Assembly: GCF_963921235.1 (NCBI RefSeq)
Contig: NC_086110.1
Location: 12,958,001-13,022,000, forward strand
Origin: Mobula hypostoma
Lineage: Eukaryota
Direction: 5' to 3'
DNA: 64,000 nucleotides
Positions 61,792-64,000 of the stretch are shown in pieces. Each line of letters starts with the position of its first letter. Within the stretch, counting starts at the first letter, position 1. A model generated the notes under the pieces. The model worked only from the letters and a program-made list of their open reading frames with translations. It ran no database searches and was not told the origin of the DNA. Made by a program: the position numbers and the translations under genes.

Positions 61792-64000
61792 CTCCCCTTC
61801 CTCAGGGAAAAAAAATTGTCGAAGACGATTTTTTAAAAAAGGTCCATCACAGGGATTTAAACCAATACAGTGAAAAAACATCAGATGACAAAGCAAAAAT
61901 GGTTACAGGTTTCAACTAAACATCGGGATAAGCAATCAGCAATGATGTTATCAGTACGTTTTACATGTCTGATTTTTAAGTCACCTTCCTGCAATATCGG
62001 AGTCCAATTTAACAATCTCATATTCTTATACTTCATCTTAGTTAGAAACACCAACGGATTATAACCCATGTCAACCAGAAGTGGTCTGTGAGCAACAGAA
62101 AGGTTTTGAGGTCTCTGAACATAGGCCTGAAAATATTGTCAAGCCAGAATAAGTGATAGTAATTCCTTTTCAACAGTTGAATAATTTTTCTGGTGTACAT
62201 TAAAGTTCTTTGAGAAATAAGCTACTGGGTGTTCAATGTCATTCATTCCGTTCTGTAACAGTTCTGCTCCAGCAGCTTCGTCACTAACAACACCTGTTGT
62301 TATAGAAACTGGCTTTGAAAAATCAGGTACTTTGAGCACAGGATGATAACACAGGATGGTTTCCAGATGTTGAAATGCCTCCTGGCAAAGGTCACTCCAT
62401 TCAAACCTTTCACTCTTCCCTACGAGCTCTGTTAGGGGGAGAGCGACGTCAGCAAAGTTCTTACAGAATTTTCTATTATACCCAACCATCCCAAAAACCT
62501 TCTCCAAGCTTTCTTGCTGGTTGGAACAGGAACTTCAGCAATCGCTTAAACCTTGGCCTGTACAGGAGCCAGCTGGCCTTGGCCCACCAGATACCCCAGG
62601 TACGCGACTGTGGCATGGCCAAATTCACTTTTAGCAAGGTTCACCGTAAGAATAGTCTTAGAAAGTCTGTCAAACAGTTTCTCTACCGCTGCAATAAGTT
62701 CTTCCCATGTGTCACTCCAGACCACTAGGTCATCAATATAGGCCTCTGTGTGTTCTAACCCTTTAATCATCGAATTGATGATTCTCTGAAATGTACCTGG
62801 TGCATTTTTCATCCCGAAGGGTAACACATTGTATTCATACAGCCCTGAGGGTGTAACAATCGCTGAGATCTCTCTGGCGCTGTCAGTCAATGGAACACAC
62901 CAGTGTCCCTTCAACAGATCAATCTTCGTGAGCTACTTAGCCTTTCCCACTTTATCAATGCAGTCATCCACTCTGGGGATAGGATAAGCATTCGTCTTGG
63001 TTATGGCATTAATTTTCCGGTAGTCAGTACAGAATCTCATGCTACCGTTCGTCTTAGGCACAAGGACGCATGGTGACGCCCAGTCTGAGGTAGATGGCCT
63101 AATAATACCAGTTGTTAGCATGTACCCGATCTCCTTTTCAACTTTATTTTTCTCGAAGCTCATTCTGTAAGGATGCTGTTTAATGGGTGGAGATGAATTC
63201 AGAATGACATCATGCACTAACCCAGTGCATCGTCTTGGTGTGTCAGGAAATAAATCGTTGTGCTTCCTAATTAGCTCCTGCAATTGCTCTCTTTGTGCAG
63301 GCCCCAAATGACAAACCTTAACAGTAACGTCCTTTAAGATAAGAGAATTTGTAAGTCTTGCAGACACAGTACTCAGTTTAGTGAAATGATTTTTTTTCCC
63401 TCATTATCAAATTCCTCAGCCCCCTTTGTTTTCATGGTCATACCTACTGGCACCGCCTCAGAATCATGATACGGTTTCAACATATTAACGTGAACCAGCT
63501 GCGTGGCCATCCTCCTATCAGGAATTTCAATAAGATAATTCAAAGAATCAATTTTCTTCACTATGCTGTATGGCCCATGGAATTTTGCTTGGAGGAGGTT
63601 GGCCACAAGAGGGAACAGCACCAGTACTTTGTTTCCAACTTCAAACACTTGCTCCCTCGCTGTCATATCAAACCACTGTTTCATTTTAATTTGGGAGTGC
63701 TGCAGATTCTTTCTGGTAAGGTCGCAGGCCTTGTTAAGCCTTTCTCGGAATTGTAAAACATAGTCTAACACACGGACACCGACATCTGGGTTAGACCATT
63801 GCTCCCTGAGCAGGGTCAAAGGTCCTTTGGGCCTATGGCCAAAAATGAGTTCAAACGGGCTGAACCCCAGGGACTCTTGAATGGTGTCGCTCACAGCAAA
63901 AAATAGTAAGTGTATCCTTTCATCCCAATCCTTGTCATTCTCATGGCAGTAGGTCTTAATCATAGTTTTTAAAGTGGAATGAAACCTCTCCAGAGCCCCT
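61792..64000 (-). mobile_element. Ty3/Gypsy pol (Gmr1-like order INT-RT-RNase H), decayed, continues beyond the window
   Basis: GALERFHSTLK and GPY integrase segment (63373-64000), then RT (PSTSDWASP, RFCTDYRKIN, PFGMKNAP, YIDD; 62546-63367), then RNase H (HPVAYFSK, YSTVEKE, ADCLSR). Confidence 0.93.

Noticed and set aside
260-63963. Most short ORFs in the six-frame track
   Set aside because: They are antisense or shifted frames of LINE, Tc1, Penelope and Gypsy sequence, or chance ORFs in AT-rich introns; isolated ITIM-like hexamers are expected by chance.

Overview
Eukaryotic, repeat-rich window: about 60% is covered by recognisable transposable elements. The repeat families (CR1/HER1-type LINEs with (TTCTATGT)n tails, V-SINE, Penelope, Rex/Babar, Tc1) suggest a cartilaginous fish (inference). 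The only well-supported host gene is on the minus strand (about 9.3-23.5 kb) and can be assembled with GT-AG junctions and matching intron phases: leader, germline-joined V-J Ig domain, C1-set Ig domain, uncharged TM, short cytoplasmic exon and an ITIM-bearing terminal exon (311 aa). This is a non-rearranging, antigen-receptor-like inhibitory receptor with an unusually compact V domain. The second highlight is in the CR1 LINEs. Both CR1 families end ORF1 with a T_TTA_AAC slippery heptamer directly before the stop. In the copy with an intact 999-codon ORF2, the -1 frame is exactly ORF2, which has no AUG before its endonuclease motif, so this is a candidate programmed -1 ribosomal frameshift. 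Also present: a CR1-in-CR1-in-Tc1 nest, a Gmr1-type Gypsy element (INT-RT-RH order), Chapaev3-like and BovB-like relics, two solo LTRs, Penelope elements with inverted arms, and a duplicated marker predicting a paralog just outside the window. All calls are from reading the sequence; no searches were run.
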